Positions 1 through 10,074 are shown, numbered from the whole stretch's first letter. The stretch is 63,511 nt of DNA, filler included, from 5 parts of 5 records of this genome joined end to end with filler, not necessarily neighbours in it, one strand, 5' to 3'. Made by a program: numbers and translations. Notes: generated from the sequence alone by a model not told the origin.

Positions 1-629
1 ATTTCAGCTTTGAATTTTGGAGCATGCTCCGGAGAAACTGTGAAATGTATTTTTACTATCGATCCTTTTCCAATTGCATATTGAACTCCTTCGATCAGAT
101 GCTCATAGGCAGGAGTTCTTCGTCCATCTTTATAACGATGGAATTTCAATAAGCCTTTCGGCAAGTTTCCATAGCCTAAGCCTTCATCCAAAAGTAGCGC
201 TGCCAAAATGCTTTTATAATCTTTGGTGTCTAGCGCATGATATATGCTACTTCCCTGACTTTCCAAGACTTCATCCAGATCCTCGTAGAAGGCGAACTTC
301 TCTATGTTATTCATGAATTTCTGTACAAACGCAGATTTGCTGATATCTCCATCTCCTTCCAGAAAAGCGAAAAGATCCTTGAACATCCGTGAGGCAGCTC
401 CACTCGCTGGTACAAATTTCAATACCTCTATCTGAGCAGCCTTCTCAGGATAAGTCGAAAGATGATGGCTCAACTCTTTATCAGTCAACACCTTGATGCC
501 GTCTCCTGGCGTGGCAGGGGCGGTGATTTTTAAAAAGGGAAAGCCGTTTTCGAAATGTTGAATTTGTTGTGCTACAGTATCAGGGTTCATTCCCTGTCCA
601 ATAATTTGTTCTTTTAAGCTATTATCCAT
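1..629 (-). CDS. DUF4301 family protein, 3' part beyond window start (not in ORF track)
   Basis: Manual translation from ATG at 629 gives MDNSLKEQIIGQGMNP...KFVPASGAASRMFKDL...GYGNLPKGLLKFHRY, motifs typical of Bacteroidota DUF4301. Confidence 0.85.
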   Translation of the reverse strand, partial: MDNSLKEQIIGQGMNPDTVAQQIQHFENGFPFLKITAPATPGDGIKVLTDKELSHHLSTYPEKAAQIEVLKFVPASGAASRMFKDLFAFLEGDGDISKSAFVQKFMNNIEKFAFYEDLDEVLESQGSSIYHALDTKDYKSILAALLLDEGLGYGNLPKGLLKFHRYKDGRRTPAYEHLIEGVQYAIGKGSIVKIHFTVSPEHAPKFKAE

Positions 630-667
630 CTGGTCTATTGTCAATGTAAAAGTGTAAGATAGTAGGG

Positions 668-702
668 AAAATGACTTTCCTCAAGAGGGAAAGCCGTTTT
701 TT
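668..702 (-). terminator. Intrinsic terminator after pxpC
   Basis: Imperfect hairpin CTTTCCTC-AA-GAGGGAAAG with A/T flanks, immediately after the pxpC stop. Confidence 0.55.
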
Positions 703-1581
703 TTAGGAGAATGTTTTTAGGGAAAACTTTATTTTTTCCTTTGGTTTTTTTTGAGCGAGAATCGAAATAGCCTGTTCTTCGAGCTGTAAAATTCTAGGAT
801 AACCCCCAGTGACTTGAGCGTCTTTCATTAACACCAGTAATTTGCCTCCCGAGGTAAGCTGAACTGTTCCTGGAAAAACCGGTGCGGTAGCCATTTCGGG
901 AAGGGAATTTGGAAGCAATTCATTCAATTGAATTGCCATTCTGTTTTTTAAATCTGAGACTGTGAATTCATAGGAATCTAGTATTCCCTTTGACTTTTTA
1001 CTTAATAATTCCCACTCTGGGCCTGGATAAGCATCTATGATTTTTTCCTGTATCCAATTTGTATTCCATTTGACTTTGGAAGAAGTAGAGGCCGGCACCT
1101 CTTTATAGGTGAAGTATGGAATTCTCAGCTCTTTCTTTGCGAAATCAGACTGGGTTATTCCACTATAGAAACTTCTGGATTGCATTACTTTCTCGGTTTG
1201 AAAGCCATATTTTATTCCTAAATAGAGCACAGCTCCAATTTCCATAGCGCCTATTTCCAATAGATCATTTGCTTGAATTGGCAGTAAGCCAGGATTAGAA
1301 AGAACTTTTCCATTTAGCTTTGCAGATGCTCTGGCACCAGCAAGATAAATCATAGTAGGCGAATCAAATTGCACTTTTAACCCTGGCTGACAGATTTCAA
1401 GTGCCGCATCAGAATCTTTATTTTGAAGAAGATGATTAACCCAAACAAATGAACGTAAATCCAGTGCCCCTGAATTGGGAATACCAAATTGAGAAAATCC
1501 CACTCTACCTAAATCCTGAACTGAGGTTCCCGGGGCAGTTTTTAAAATTTTCATATAGCCGATATCCCTTTCCGGTTTCAT
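703..1581 (-). CDS. pxpC: 5-oxoprolinase subunit C (KipA/allophanate hydrolase subunit 2 family)
   Basis: SVQDLGR..GIPNSGALD, PGTVQLTSGG and DAQVTGGYPRI motifs; overlaps the pxpB stop. Confidence 0.88.
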   Translation of the reverse strand: MKPERDIGYMKILKTAPGTSVQDLGRVGFSQFGIPNSGALDLRSFVWVNHLLQNKDSDAALEICQPGLKVQFDSPTMIYLAGARASAKLNGKVLSNPGLLPIQANDLLEIGAMEIGAVLYLGIKYGFQTEKVMQSRSFYSGITQSDFAKKELRIPYFTYKEVPASTSSKVKWNTNWIQEKIIDAYPGPEWELLSKKSKGILDSYEFTVSDLKNRMAIQLNELLPNSLPEMATAPVFPGTVQLTSGGKLLVLMKDAQVTGGYPRILQLEEQAISILAQKKPKEKIKFSLKTFS

Positions 1582-2273
1582 CTGAATTTCGGTTTCATTG
1601 GATGTCTTTTTAACCGATCGAATTCCTGTATAGTAATGGGCGTGAATTCAATTCTTTCTCCTACAGAAGCGAAAACTGGCCTTACTTGATCTGCATCAAA
1701 CATAGTTATTGGAGTTTGCCCGATCAAATGCCATCCACCGGGACTGGACGAGGGGTAGATTCCTGTTTGCGCTCCACCGATTGCTATAGAACCTACAGGT
1801 ACTTCTCTGTCAGGGACCACTTTTCTTGCTGTATGAAGGATTTTTGGAAGTCCGTTTAAGTACATGAACCCGGGTAAAAACCCATAGAAATGAAGCCGAT
1901 AAAGTGGTTTCGAATGAAGAGCTATTAATTCTGCTTCTGTTACCTGTTTTGCCTTTGCTAAAGCTTCCAGGTCTCGACCAGTTTGGTCAGCATAGCAAAC
2001 AGGAATTTGCCAAATCTTCTGTGGAAGGGGGATAGTTGATTCTTCTATTGAAAAAGAGTTAAGCCAATTTATGATTTCAATATATACCAGCGGTATTGAA
2101 AATAGAGCTGATAAGGTTTTGAATCCCATTCGTAGCTCACATAGGTTAGCGCTAAATTCTTTTTCGAACGCCGATTTGAAGCTTAGTTGCTGTTGGAGTA
2201 ATAGGTCGGACACATTGGATTCCCATTCAAATTCAAACAACAAAGGAGAGATTTGTTTGAGCTTTGGATTCAT
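1578..2273 (-). CDS. pxpB: 5-oxoprolinase subunit B (KipI family)
   Basis: IPVCY, GFLPGFMYL and GSIAIGGAQTGIYPSSSPGGWHLIGQT motifs. Confidence 0.9.
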   Translation of the reverse strand: MNPKLKQISPLLFEFEWESNVSDLLLQQQLSFKSAFEKEFSANLCELRMGFKTLSALFSIPLVYIEIINWLNSFSIEESTIPLPQKIWQIPVCYADQTGRDLEALAKAKQVTEAELIALHSKPLYRLHFYGFLPGFMYLNGLPKILHTARKVVPDREVPVGSIAIGGAQTGIYPSSSPGGWHLIGQTPITMFDADQVRPVFASVGERIEFTPITIQEFDRLKRHPMKPKFR

Positions 2274-2989
2274 TTCCAGAATTTTTTTCGGATTCTTGGC
2301 AAAAAGTCCTGAATACCTGGATTATCTCCATGGAAGCAAATTGTATCTGGATGGAAGGGAAGTTTTTTACCGGAATCAGATAGTAGATAGCCGTTTTCAA
2401 ATAATGATTTTAGTGGCGGAGAGATCTCACTTTCTGAAATCAAATGAGATCCAAATACAGACCTTGGAACCAATTGGTAATTGTCCAAGTACCTTCTGTC
2501 CCCAAAAACCTCTACTCGTTGATGCAATTTTTTTTGCTGAATAAACTTTTCCAATTCAGAATATGGAGGAGCAAATATGGGTGTATTGTGGAAATGAGTC
2601 GCGATAAAGTCAGTGAGGCTATCCGCCATTTCGGCGTTTGCTGCAGCTTCATTGTATAGCGCACCATGAAATTTGATGTGATCCATAGGAATTCCAGATT
2701 TCTCAGCCAATTGCTCAAATTTCAGTATTTGAACCAATATTGACTTTTTAAGATCTTTATCGGGCAGCTTCATAGTTTTTCTCCCAAAATTCTTTTGATC
2801 CGGATAGGAGGGATGAGCACCTACTTTCTTCTTAAATCTCAAAGCTAATTCCAAGCTTTCATTGATCGAGTTTTCATCCCCAAAGTGCCCCCCACAAGCG
2901 ATGCTGGCTGTATCTATGTATTGAAAGATCTGTTCTTCGTTTGGTATGCCTTCTCCTAAATCACAATTTATTTCTGGCAGTTTCTTCAT
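2270..2989 (-). CDS. pxpA: 5-oxoprolinase subunit A (LamB/YcsF family)
   Basis: INCDLGEG, IACGGHFGD, GAHPSYPD, HIKFHGALYN and TICFHGD motifs; ATG at 2989 preferred over the upstream TTG. Confidence 0.9.
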   Translation of the reverse strand: MKKLPEINCDLGEGIPNEEQIFQYIDTASIACGGHFGDENSINESLELALRFKKKVGAHPSYPDQKNFGRKTMKLPDKDLKKSILVQILKFEQLAEKSGIPMDHIKFHGALYNEAAANAEMADSLTDFIATHFHNTPIFAPPYSELEKFIQQKKLHQRVEVFGDRRYLDNYQLVPRSVFGSHLISESEISPPLKSLFENGYLLSDSGKKLPFHPDTICFHGDNPGIQDFLPRIRKKFWK

Positions 2990-3051
2990 TATTGGGCTAA
3001 AAATTGAGTGAAATTCAAAATACAAAAAGTAAGCAAAGGCAGCGCGTATTA

Positions 3052-3561
3052 TTACAACTTATTGTAATACTTTATCATCTCATTCAGTTGTTTGTAGTCT
3101 AGCTTACCTTGGACAAGTTTGAGATGATGGATAATTGCAAGTGCTTTCCTCATTCGACTTTCGGGATTTTTTACCTTAGTCACCGTATACACCATCATTC
3201 GTTGCTTGCCTGGAGTCAGACTTTTGAAAAACGAAGCACCTTCCTCATCCTGATCCATGAGGACTTGAAGTTCCTCTGGCATTTCATGACAGTATTCGCT
3301 GGTATCGCTATCTATTTTTAGCTGAAAAGTTGAATTTTCATTTAGATTAAAACGCTTACGCAAATCTTGATTAACCAACACAAACCAATAGTCCTTAGCT
3401 TTCATCAACGCCATATGAAATGGCCCTTCACTTTTAATCCATACCAAAACACGGCGATTATGTGCTTCCATCAGTTGACTTGAGATTTCACTAGGAATAG
3501 GCACGTGGTATTGCCAATGATTAAACTCAAAAGCTGCTAATTTCCCTTGGAATTCTCTCAT
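3052..3561 (-). CDS. YdeI/OmpD-associated (DUF1905) family protein
   Basis: C-terminal MPEELQ..FFKSLTPGKQR..VKNPESRMRK pattern. Confidence 0.75.
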   Translation of the reverse strand: MREFQGKLAAFEFNHWQYHVPIPSEISSQLMEAHNRRVLVWIKSEGPFHMALMKAKDYWFVLVNQDLRKRFNLNENSTFQLKIDSDTSEYCHEMPEELQVLMDQDEEGASFFKSLTPGKQRMMVYTVTKVKNPESRMRKALAIIHHLKLVQGKLDYKQLNEMIKYYNKL

Positions 3562-3625
3562 TAAAAGTCATTCGTTTTGCAGGTTTTAAAGGCGAGTTAT
3601 TTTAAATCGATGATGCTAAGAAAAA

Positions 3626-5071
3626 TTAACTAGGAAGGTTGAAAGTGATTAAGAAAGAAGTGCCTTTTCCAACTTCACTTTTGACCCGAATGGATCCACC
3701 GTGACTTAAAATGATGTTTTGGGTATTAGTTAGCCCAAGACCCGAACCAGTAGCTTTGCTGGTAAAGAAGGGTTCGAAAAGTCGTTCTAGGTTTTCTTTC
3801 GGAATACCTTCACCATTATCCTTGATCTCGATTCGGCATTGATTTTCTTTAATTGAAGTTTTTAATATAAGCTTTCCTCCTTTTTCCGGAATGGCTTCTA
3901 TGGCATTTACAATAAGGTTTATTAATGCAATTTTAATTTTATCGCCATCTACACTAATGTCGCAGATATCCGTTTGATATAGTTTTTGGATGGTAATTCC
4001 TTTAAAATCAATCCGGTCGTTCACATGCTCCAGCGCTTCATCTAACAGTGTGTTTATTGAATGGTTTTTGGCGTCCAGTTCTGTGAATCTTGTGCTGTCC
4101 AACAATTGAGTTACCAGGTGATTTATTCTGTCGCAATTCCTGCGTATAACGTCTATCAAATCTCCACTTTCTAACAAAACGGACTCAGGGAGTTCCATAT
4201 GTAGCTGATCAGCAGAAAGGAGAATGGTGGTCAAAGGATTTTTTACCTCATGGGCTAGTAACCTTGCAATTCTACCGGTAGAGGAGAATTTCTTAAGGTT
4301 TAGTTCCTCTTCCTCTTTCGCTTTGATTGCACTTAAGTCTTTAATAAGTACTTGGTATATATTTACATCTTGCTTTACTATACTGATCAAGCTATTGATC
4401 GAATGGCCATGCTCAATGGTCAGCAAAGCTTCCATATCGTATAGCTCCTCACCATTTAAAAATAACTGCTCTAACTCCTGGCGAGAAGATTCTTCAGGTA
4501 ATAAATCTTTGAAGTAATAAGTTTCACCCGAGTTTTGGGTATCTACTTTAAATCCAAATTTTTTCTGAAAGGCAGGATTGACTTCTAATATTTCACCTTC
4601 ATAATCCATTAATAGAAATGGATCGGTAGCGAGCTCAAATATTGACCTAAACTTGACAGCCGCGCTTGATAAAGACTCCATCAAATGAGAATCTCGAATA
4701 GCATACTTCAGCGTTCTGTCTAGCGTCTGCGCATCAAATTCACCTTTCACTAGGTAATCTGACACACCTAGATTAAGTGCTTCTTTGTCGATATTACCAG
4801 TACTCATACCCGTAAGCATGATTACTGGAGCATGTTTTCTTATTGAATGTATTTCGCGGATAAGCTCTAACCCAGTGTCCTTTCCTAATCTGTAGTCAAC
4901 TAAGTATAGGTCGAAATTTTGATTGAGTTTTAAACTGGCCTCCTCAAGACTGGTAGCTCCTTCTAATTCATAGACTGTGTCAGTAATTCTCTTTAGGAGA
5001 GTAGATACCAGCAAAATATCATCTGGATCATCATCCACGTAAAGTATTTTTATATTCTTTCCGGTAAACAT
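3626..5071 (-). CDS. Hybrid histidine kinase (REC-PAS-HisKA-HATPase), cytoplasmic
   Basis: N-terminal receiver (YVDDD, LVDYRL, K), PAS-like segment, H-box LAHEVKNPL, N-box NLIVNA, G boxes DNGEG and GSGLGL; no TM segment. Confidence 0.9.
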   Translation of the reverse strand: MFTGKNIKILYVDDDPDDILLVSTLLKRITDTVYELEGATSLEEASLKLNQNFDLYLVDYRLGKDTGLELIREIHSIRKHAPVIMLTGMSTGNIDKEALNLGVSDYLVKGEFDAQTLDRTLKYAIRDSHLMESLSSAAVKFRSIFELATDPFLLMDYEGEILEVNPAFQKKFGFKVDTQNSGETYYFKDLLPEESSRQELEQLFLNGEELYDMEALLTIEHGHSINSLISIVKQDVNIYQVLIKDLSAIKAKEEEELNLKKFSSTGRIARLLAHEVKNPLTTILLSADQLHMELPESVLLESGDLIDVIRRNCDRINHLVTQLLDSTRFTELDAKNHSINTLLDEALEHVNDRIDFKGITIQKLYQTDICDISVDGDKIKIALINLIVNAIEAIPEKGGKLILKTSIKENQCRIEIKDNGEGIPKENLERLFEPFFTSKATGSGLGLTNTQNIILSHGGSIRVKSEVGKGTSFLITFNLPS

Positions 5072-5081
5072 GTTTTTATGA

Positions 5082-5531
5082 TTAGTCTGGTAACAAAACA
5101 GTTTTCGACCAATAATTTTCAATTTCTTCAGTGACTCTTACTAATTCTTCAAATGATCCTGGTTTGGTGATGAAGCTACTTGATCCCATTTTATAGGTGA
5201 TCTGAATATCATCAAGGTTACTGGACGTAGTGAAAATTATGACAGGAATTGACTTCAGATCCTCACATCTTTTGATCTCTGCAAGAGCTTCTTTACCACC
5301 AACTCTTGGCATATTAAGATCTAGCAGAATAATATCTGGTCGAGGGTACTTCAGCAGATCATTGTATGGCGCGACGCGCTTTAAATATTTCAAGAGAGCC
5401 TCACCATCCTCCACACAAGTGACTTTTTCCTTTGGTAAAGTCCTCTCAAAGGCTTTAAGGATTAATAATTTATCATCTTCATCATCTTCTGCGACTAAGA
5501 TTTGGATAGGTTTCTCGAAGGACATGAGCAT
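5082..5531 (-). CDS. Single-domain response regulator (Rcp1-like)
   Basis: VAEDDEDD, PDIILLDLNMP, IPVIIFTTS and FITKP motifs. Confidence 0.9.
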   Translation of the reverse strand: MLMSFEKPIQILVAEDDEDDKLLILKAFERTLPKEKVTCVEDGEALLKYLKRVAPYNDLLKYPRPDIILLDLNMPRVGGKEALAEIKRCEDLKSIPVIIFTTSSNLDDIQITYKMGSSSFITKPGSFEELVRVTEEIENYWSKTVLLPD

Positions 5532-5616
5532 AAAGTCTTGAATGAACAAGGGTTAGATTCTGATGAAAAGATAAGTATGATTTTTTGAAATAAGCATTGT
5601 ACTAACTATTTCGATA

Positions 5617-7056
5617 TTAAGTAGTGATAAAAGGCAGTAGTATATTAAATGTGGCGCCCTCTGAAGGATTACTCTCTGCAAAAATTACTCCACCATTTTT
5701 TTCGATGATTTTGCGAGTAATGGAGAGTCCGATTCCAGTCCCTTCATAATCTTTCTTCCCATGTAACCGTTGGAAGATAGAAAAAATTCGATCTGCATAC
5801 TCTTTGTTAAAACCAATTCCATTATCACTTACTTTAATCAAATGATATTTCTTTTCTCTGGTTAGGGTTGGGAATTTTTTTACAAGATCAAGACCAGCCT
5901 CTTCAGCGGCAATCGATATTTCAGGATCTGTGTCAGGTTTAGAGAATTTAATAGAGTTTGAAATAAGATTTTGAAATACTTGCCGGTACTCTGTCTCAGT
6001 CCCGTATACTTTAGGTAAATTGCCTAGGGTTATTTTTGCAGATTTATCTTGAATGGCTACTTCTACGTCTTCCAACATCTCTGAGATGATTTTTGAAAGT
6101 TTTACTTCTTTGATCTGCTCATTCTCTATTTTGCCAGCTCTACTGTATTCTAAAAGATCGGTAATCAACCGTCTCATCCGAATAGAAGCTGCAGTGATGC
6201 GGTTTAGGTATAGTTCTCCATCTCCCTCCAGTTTATCTGCATATTGTTCCTTCAAGAGATCAGAAAACGAAGTGATTTTACGCAAAGGTTCCTGTAAATC
6301 GTGTGAGGCTATATAAGCAAACTGTTCTAGTTCCTTGTTAGATTCATCCAAGAGGTTTATCTGATCTTTGAGTTTTTCCTGAAATATTATTCTATCATTA
6401 TCAGCAACTATTTGGGCTTTATTGTATTGGTAGATTGAAAAAAAAGTGACTAATCCTATCGTAATGGAGAAAAGTGAAATAAGACCTACAATAAACGGTA
6501 AGGCGTTGATATTATTGATTAAGTTTTGGTTTCTTTCCTGAAAAAGATTGTTTTCAACGTCATTAATGCGCAATACTACATTTTTGATCATTGTATAGCC
6601 ATTCAGTGCATTACTGGCTTTGCTAGGATCTAAAAACCCATCCAAGTTCCCATGTTCTTTGAAATAGGCAATGGTAGCCTCAAAAGTCCTTACTCTGGTA
6701 TTTATTAAACCTCTTAGTTCTTCAATATTATTCTGTTGTACACCATTATCTAATGTCAAATTCTGCAATTGGGTTAACAGAACGTCTGCATTAATTTTGG
6801 ATTGCCTATAATTCGTTAGAAACTGTTCATTCCCGGTGATGACATACCCTCTGATGTTAGTTTCTCGCTCTAGAATACTTGAATACAGTTCATTTGTTCT
6901 TTGAAGTACCTCCGAAGTGTGCATTACGGCATTGGTGTAGAACTCTATTCTTCCAGCTGTCCAATAGGAAATAGCACTGCCGACTACAATTAGAATAAGA
7001 GTAACGATAGAATATATTTTTACCTGACGGATAGATGGTTTTTCTTTCTTTGCCAT
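5617..7056 (-). CDS. CHASE3-domain sensor histidine kinase
   Basis: Two TM helices flank ETNIRGYVITG..FLTNY (CHASE3); H-box ASHDLQEPLRK; FQRLH..YEGTGIGL. Confidence 0.9.
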   Translation of the reverse strand: MAKKEKPSIRQVKIYSIVTLILIVVGSAISYWTAGRIEFYTNAVMHTSEVLQRTNELYSSILERETNIRGYVITGNEQFLTNYRQSKINADVLLTQLQNLTLDNGVQQNNIEELRGLINTRVRTFEATIAYFKEHGNLDGFLDPSKASNALNGYTMIKNVVLRINDVENNLFQERNQNLINNINALPFIVGLISLFSITIGLVTFFSIYQYNKAQIVADNDRIIFQEKLKDQINLLDESNKELEQFAYIASHDLQEPLRKITSFSDLLKEQYADKLEGDGELYLNRITAASIRMRRLITDLLEYSRAGKIENEQIKEVKLSKIISEMLEDVEVAIQDKSAKITLGNLPKVYGTETEYRQVFQNLISNSIKFSKPDTDPEISIAAEEAGLDLVKKFPTLTREKKYHLIKVSDNGIGFNKEYADRIFSIFQRLHGKKDYEGTGIGLSITRKIIEKNGGVIFAESNPSEGATFNILLPFITT

Positions 7057-7073
7057 TTAGATTTTCCTTGAAT

Positions 7074-7091
7074 TGGGGAATTTATTACTCA
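7074..7091 (+). promoter_or_regulatory. Candidate upstream activator site TGGGGAATTTATTACTCA
   Basis: Imperfect inverted repeat about 114 nt upstream of a -24/-12-like element; TGGGGAATTT recurs at 9931-9940 upstream of dps. Confidence 0.45.
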
Positions 7092-7185
7092 AAAACCCCG
7101 GGCGATTATTCTTAATTTATTATTCGACTGTGATAATAAGGCTAATTAGCGCATTTGGAGACGATTTTAAATTTTTAATTTAAAA

Positions 7186-7200
7186 AGGCATACCACTTGA
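7186..7200 (+). promoter_or_regulatory. Sigma-54-like promoter AGGCAT-ACCAC-TTGA
   Basis: GG at 7187-7188 and TTG at 7197-7199 have exact -24/-12 spacing; 44 nt before the ATG at 7244. Confidence 0.55.
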
Positions 7201-7243
7201 GTTAAATGATCTAAACTATTTAACCAACCTAAACAACAAAACT

Positions 7244-7396
7244 ATGAGTTCTTTATTGTATTTCATCGCAGTCATTCTAGTTATTGGCTGGCTAGTCGGA
7301 GTCTTCGCTTACAGTGCAGGCGGATTAATTCACGTATTACTAGTGATAGCAGTTATTGCGGTAATCTTCAGATTGATTTCAGGTAGATCAGTTTAG
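7244..7396 (+). CDS. lmo0937 family (DUF5670) small membrane protein, 50 aa (below ORF-track cutoff)
   Basis: MSSLLYFIAVILVIGWLVGVFAYSAGGLIHVLLVIAVIAVIFRLISGRSV, with the family signature GGLIHxLLVIA. Confidence 0.9.
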   Translation: MSSLLYFIAVILVIGWLVGVFAYSAGGLIHVLLVIAVIAVIFRLISGRSV

Positions 7397-7576
7397 AGTA
7401 GAAGACGAAACGAAGACATCAATTATTATAAAGGTCAAATGAAAACTCATTTAAGATTTGACAGTTATATATAAGCAAAGGGTAGAAGTTTTAATCCGAT
7501 TGCAAGGAAAGCAAATCTTTGAAAATTAAAACTTCGATAAGAAAGAAAATATTTAACCTCTAAATTTAAAAACACA

Positions 7577-7819
7577 ATGACTAAATCATCAGTAAATAAA
7601 ACACTTTGGCTAAGCGGACTTCTTACAGGAGCATTGGTAGGAGCCTACCTTTATAAAAATAAGGACGATTTTGGCCCACAAAAAAAGAAGTTAAATAGCC
7701 TTCTGGGTGACTTTCAGTCACTTCTCGGAGATATGAAGACTAAGTTTTTGGAAGTAAAATCTGAAGGTGTGGATGCAACCAAATCCGCAATTCAGTCAGC
7801 AAAAGATAAAGTGAAGTGA
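7577..7819 (+). CDS. YtxH domain-like small protein
   Basis: GLLTGALVGAYLY hydrophobic segment followed by a charged helical tail. Confidence 0.65.
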   Translation: MTKSSVNKTLWLSGLLTGALVGAYLYKNKDDFGPQKKKLNSLLGDFQSLLGDMKTKFLEVKSEGVDATKSAIQSAKDKVK

Positions 7820-7835
7820 AAATAGGTTTAGAATT

Positions 7836-7868
7836 AGAAAAGGTGCGGCTTGTTGTTGCACCTTTTCT
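7836..7868 (+). terminator. Intrinsic terminator after the YtxH-like gene
   Basis: AGAAAAGGTGC...GCACCTTTTCT inverted repeat. Confidence 0.7.
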
Positions 7869-7949
7869 TACATCTTTTCCATTTGAATAATTATTACCTG
7901 ACAGTTTAAATGAATGTACCTAGGATAGAGGGGCTAAGAAGACTATGTG

Positions 7950-8327
7950 ATGATGAATAAATTGATATTAGTTATAGATGATGAGGCGGAAATCAGGTCT
8001 CTTTTATCCAGATTTTTGGGCAGAAAAGGTTTTTCTGTTCTTGTAGCAGGTACACTCAAAGAGGGTAGAAAATTATATAATGATTCTAAACCTGAATTAG
8101 TATTCTTGGATGTCAATCTCCCTGACGGGAATGGATTGAACGAATTGAAGCATATTAACTCAAGTAAATTTCACTCGAAAATAATAATGATGAGTGCCTT
8201 CGATCACAACGAAGTGAAAATGGAAGCCATTCAATACGGAGCATCGGACTTCCTTAGTAAACCTTTTAATATTGCTCGATTGGATCAGGTGGTCCAGACC
8301 CAGTTAACAAACACCTCCAACATCTAA
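7950..8327 (+). CDS. Single-domain response regulator
   Basis: VIDDE, FLDVNLPDG, MMSA and LSKPF motifs. Confidence 0.9.
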   Translation: MMNKLILVIDDEAEIRSLLSRFLGRKGFSVLVAGTLKEGRKLYNDSKPELVFLDVNLPDGNGLNELKHINSSKFHSKIIMMSAFDHNEVKMEAIQYGASDFLSKPFNIARLDQVVQTQLTNTSNI

Positions 8328-8333
8328 CAAATC

Positions 8334-9746
8334 ATGGCTAAAATACTCGTAATAGACGATAACATAGATATTTGTCAGCTTTTAGAAAGATTTCTGACTA
8401 AAAAGGGATATGAAGTAGAAACTACGATTTCCGGTAAAAATGGACTCGATTTGGTCAAGAAATCATTTTTCGACCTTATTTTTTGTGATTTCAAGCTCAG
8501 AGATATGGAGGGAAGAGATGTGCTAATGAAAGTTAGAGAGATATCTCCAGGTACTCAAGTAGCAATTATTACAGGCTATGCCGATGTAAAAATTGCCGTG
8601 GAAGTCATTAAAAATGGTGCATTTGACTACGTAACTAAGCCATTGATTCCTGATGAAATCATCAATCTCATAGAGCGCGCCTTAGCTGCGTCGAAAGCAA
8701 GTAAGTCAAACACACAAACCTTCTCAAAAGCGGACAACCTTAAGAAGGATTCAAATTCCAAATCTCAAAATTCTGATTCTAAATTTCTCAAAGGAACGGG
8801 GGCTGAGTCAAAGAAATTATACAAAGAAGTAGCCTTAGTAGCTCCTACAAGTCTCAGTGTTGTCATTTATGGCGAAAGCGGAGCAGGTAAGGAAAATATA
8901 GCGCGTACTATTCACGATCAAAGTGAGCGTGCAGGTAAACCATTCATTGCGGTAGACTGTGGAGCATTGACCAAAGAGCTTGCAGGAAGTGAGCTTTGGG
9001 GTCATGAAAAAGGAGCTTTTACTGGCGCATTATCAGACAAACCTGGGCAATTTGAATTGGCTGATGGTGGGACGATTTTTCTAGATGAGATCGCTAATTT
9101 ATCCTATGAAACTCAAGTTGGTTTGCTCAGGTTGGTTCAGGAGAGAAAATTAAGAAGGATAGGGGGGACTAAAGACAAATCAATTGATGTAAGAATATTG
9201 GTTGCCTCCAATGAAGACCTTCGCAAGGCAGTTTCAGAAGGGAAATTTAGAGAAGATCTATATTTTAGATTCAATGAGTTCAGTATTACTGTGCCTCCAT
9301 TGAGACATAGAACGGCAGATATTGAAGCATTTGCTTATCACTTTCTAGAGTTGTCAAATGCTGAATTGAATAAAAAAGTATTTGGTTTTGAAGAACAAGT
9401 GATGGATGTATTGAAAGAATATCCTTGGCCTGGAAACTTGCGCGAAATGCTCAACGTAATCCGAAGAGCAACGTTATTGACAGATGGCGGTAAAATGTCT
9501 GTTTCGGCACTACCTCCGGAAATTGTCTATTCTCAAAAGTTTAATTTCGTAGATTCAGATTCAGAAAGTTCAGATTCAAAGCCGAACAAAATGCCTTTGA
9601 ATTTGAAGGATGCTGCAGCTGAAGCTGAAGCTGAAGTCCTTAAGAAAGTACTTGAAGAAGTGAAGTACAACAGGACTCAGGCTGCTAAACAATTGGGGAT
9701 AGATCGAAAAACCCTCTTTAATAAAATGAAGCAATACGATTTATAA
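8334..9746 (+). CDS. Sigma-54-dependent transcriptional activator (NtrC family; REC-AAA+-Fis HTH)
   Basis: Receiver, Walker A GESGAGKE, intact GAFTGA, FLDEI, WPGNLRE and C-terminal NRTQAAKQLGIDRKTL. Confidence 0.95.
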   Translation: MAKILVIDDNIDICQLLERFLTKKGYEVETTISGKNGLDLVKKSFFDLIFCDFKLRDMEGRDVLMKVREISPGTQVAIITGYADVKIAVEVIKNGAFDYVTKPLIPDEIINLIERALAASKASKSNTQTFSKADNLKKDSNSKSQNSDSKFLKGTGAESKKLYKEVALVAPTSLSVVIYGESGAGKENIARTIHDQSERAGKPFIAVDCGALTKELAGSELWGHEKGAFTGALSDKPGQFELADGGTIFLDEIANLSYETQVGLLRLVQERKLRRIGGTKDKSIDVRILVASNEDLRKAVSEGKFREDLYFRFNEFSITVPPLRHRTADIEAFAYHFLELSNAELNKKVFGFEEQVMDVLKEYPWPGNLREMLNVIRRATLLTDGGKMSVSALPPEIVYSQKFNFVDSDSESSDSKPNKMPLNLKDAAAEAEAEVLKKVLEEVKYNRTQAAKQLGIDRKTLFNKMKQYDL

Positions 9747-9763
9747 GCAAATCACTCCTTGCG

Positions 9764-9791
9764 GCCCGGACCTAGTTCCGGGCTTTTTTTT
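9764..9791 (+). terminator. Intrinsic terminator
   Basis: GCCCGGA/TCCGGGC stem followed by a T tract. Confidence 0.85.
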
Positions 9792-9930
9792 GCTATTTCC
9801 AATGCCATCCAACTGAAGATACCTGATTTTTCACTAGCCACAAACAGAAGCCTGGCTTCCCCTATTCAGCTACTGCAAGGAATAGTCTAGTGTTCAAAAG
9901 CTTAGCTAATGAGCCAATTTTTCAACGGAA

Positions 9931-9947
9931 TGGGGAATTTTTTTCAA
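9931..9947 (+). promoter_or_regulatory. Candidate upstream activator site TGGGGAATTTTTTTCAA
   Basis: Shares 10 nt with 7074-7083; about 146 nt upstream of a -24 element. Confidence 0.45.
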
Positions 9948-10074
9948 GATAAATTTTGTGCTTATGAGATTACGCGAGTGCCCTTGTCACAAAAATTTGT
10001 TTTATGAAGCGAATATCCAAACACTAGTGCTGTCAATGGTCAAAATACATATGATCATTTGGAAGCCAGGATGA

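Noticed and set aside
74-316. 80-aa plus-strand ORF
   Set aside because: Antisense to the DUF4301 gene.
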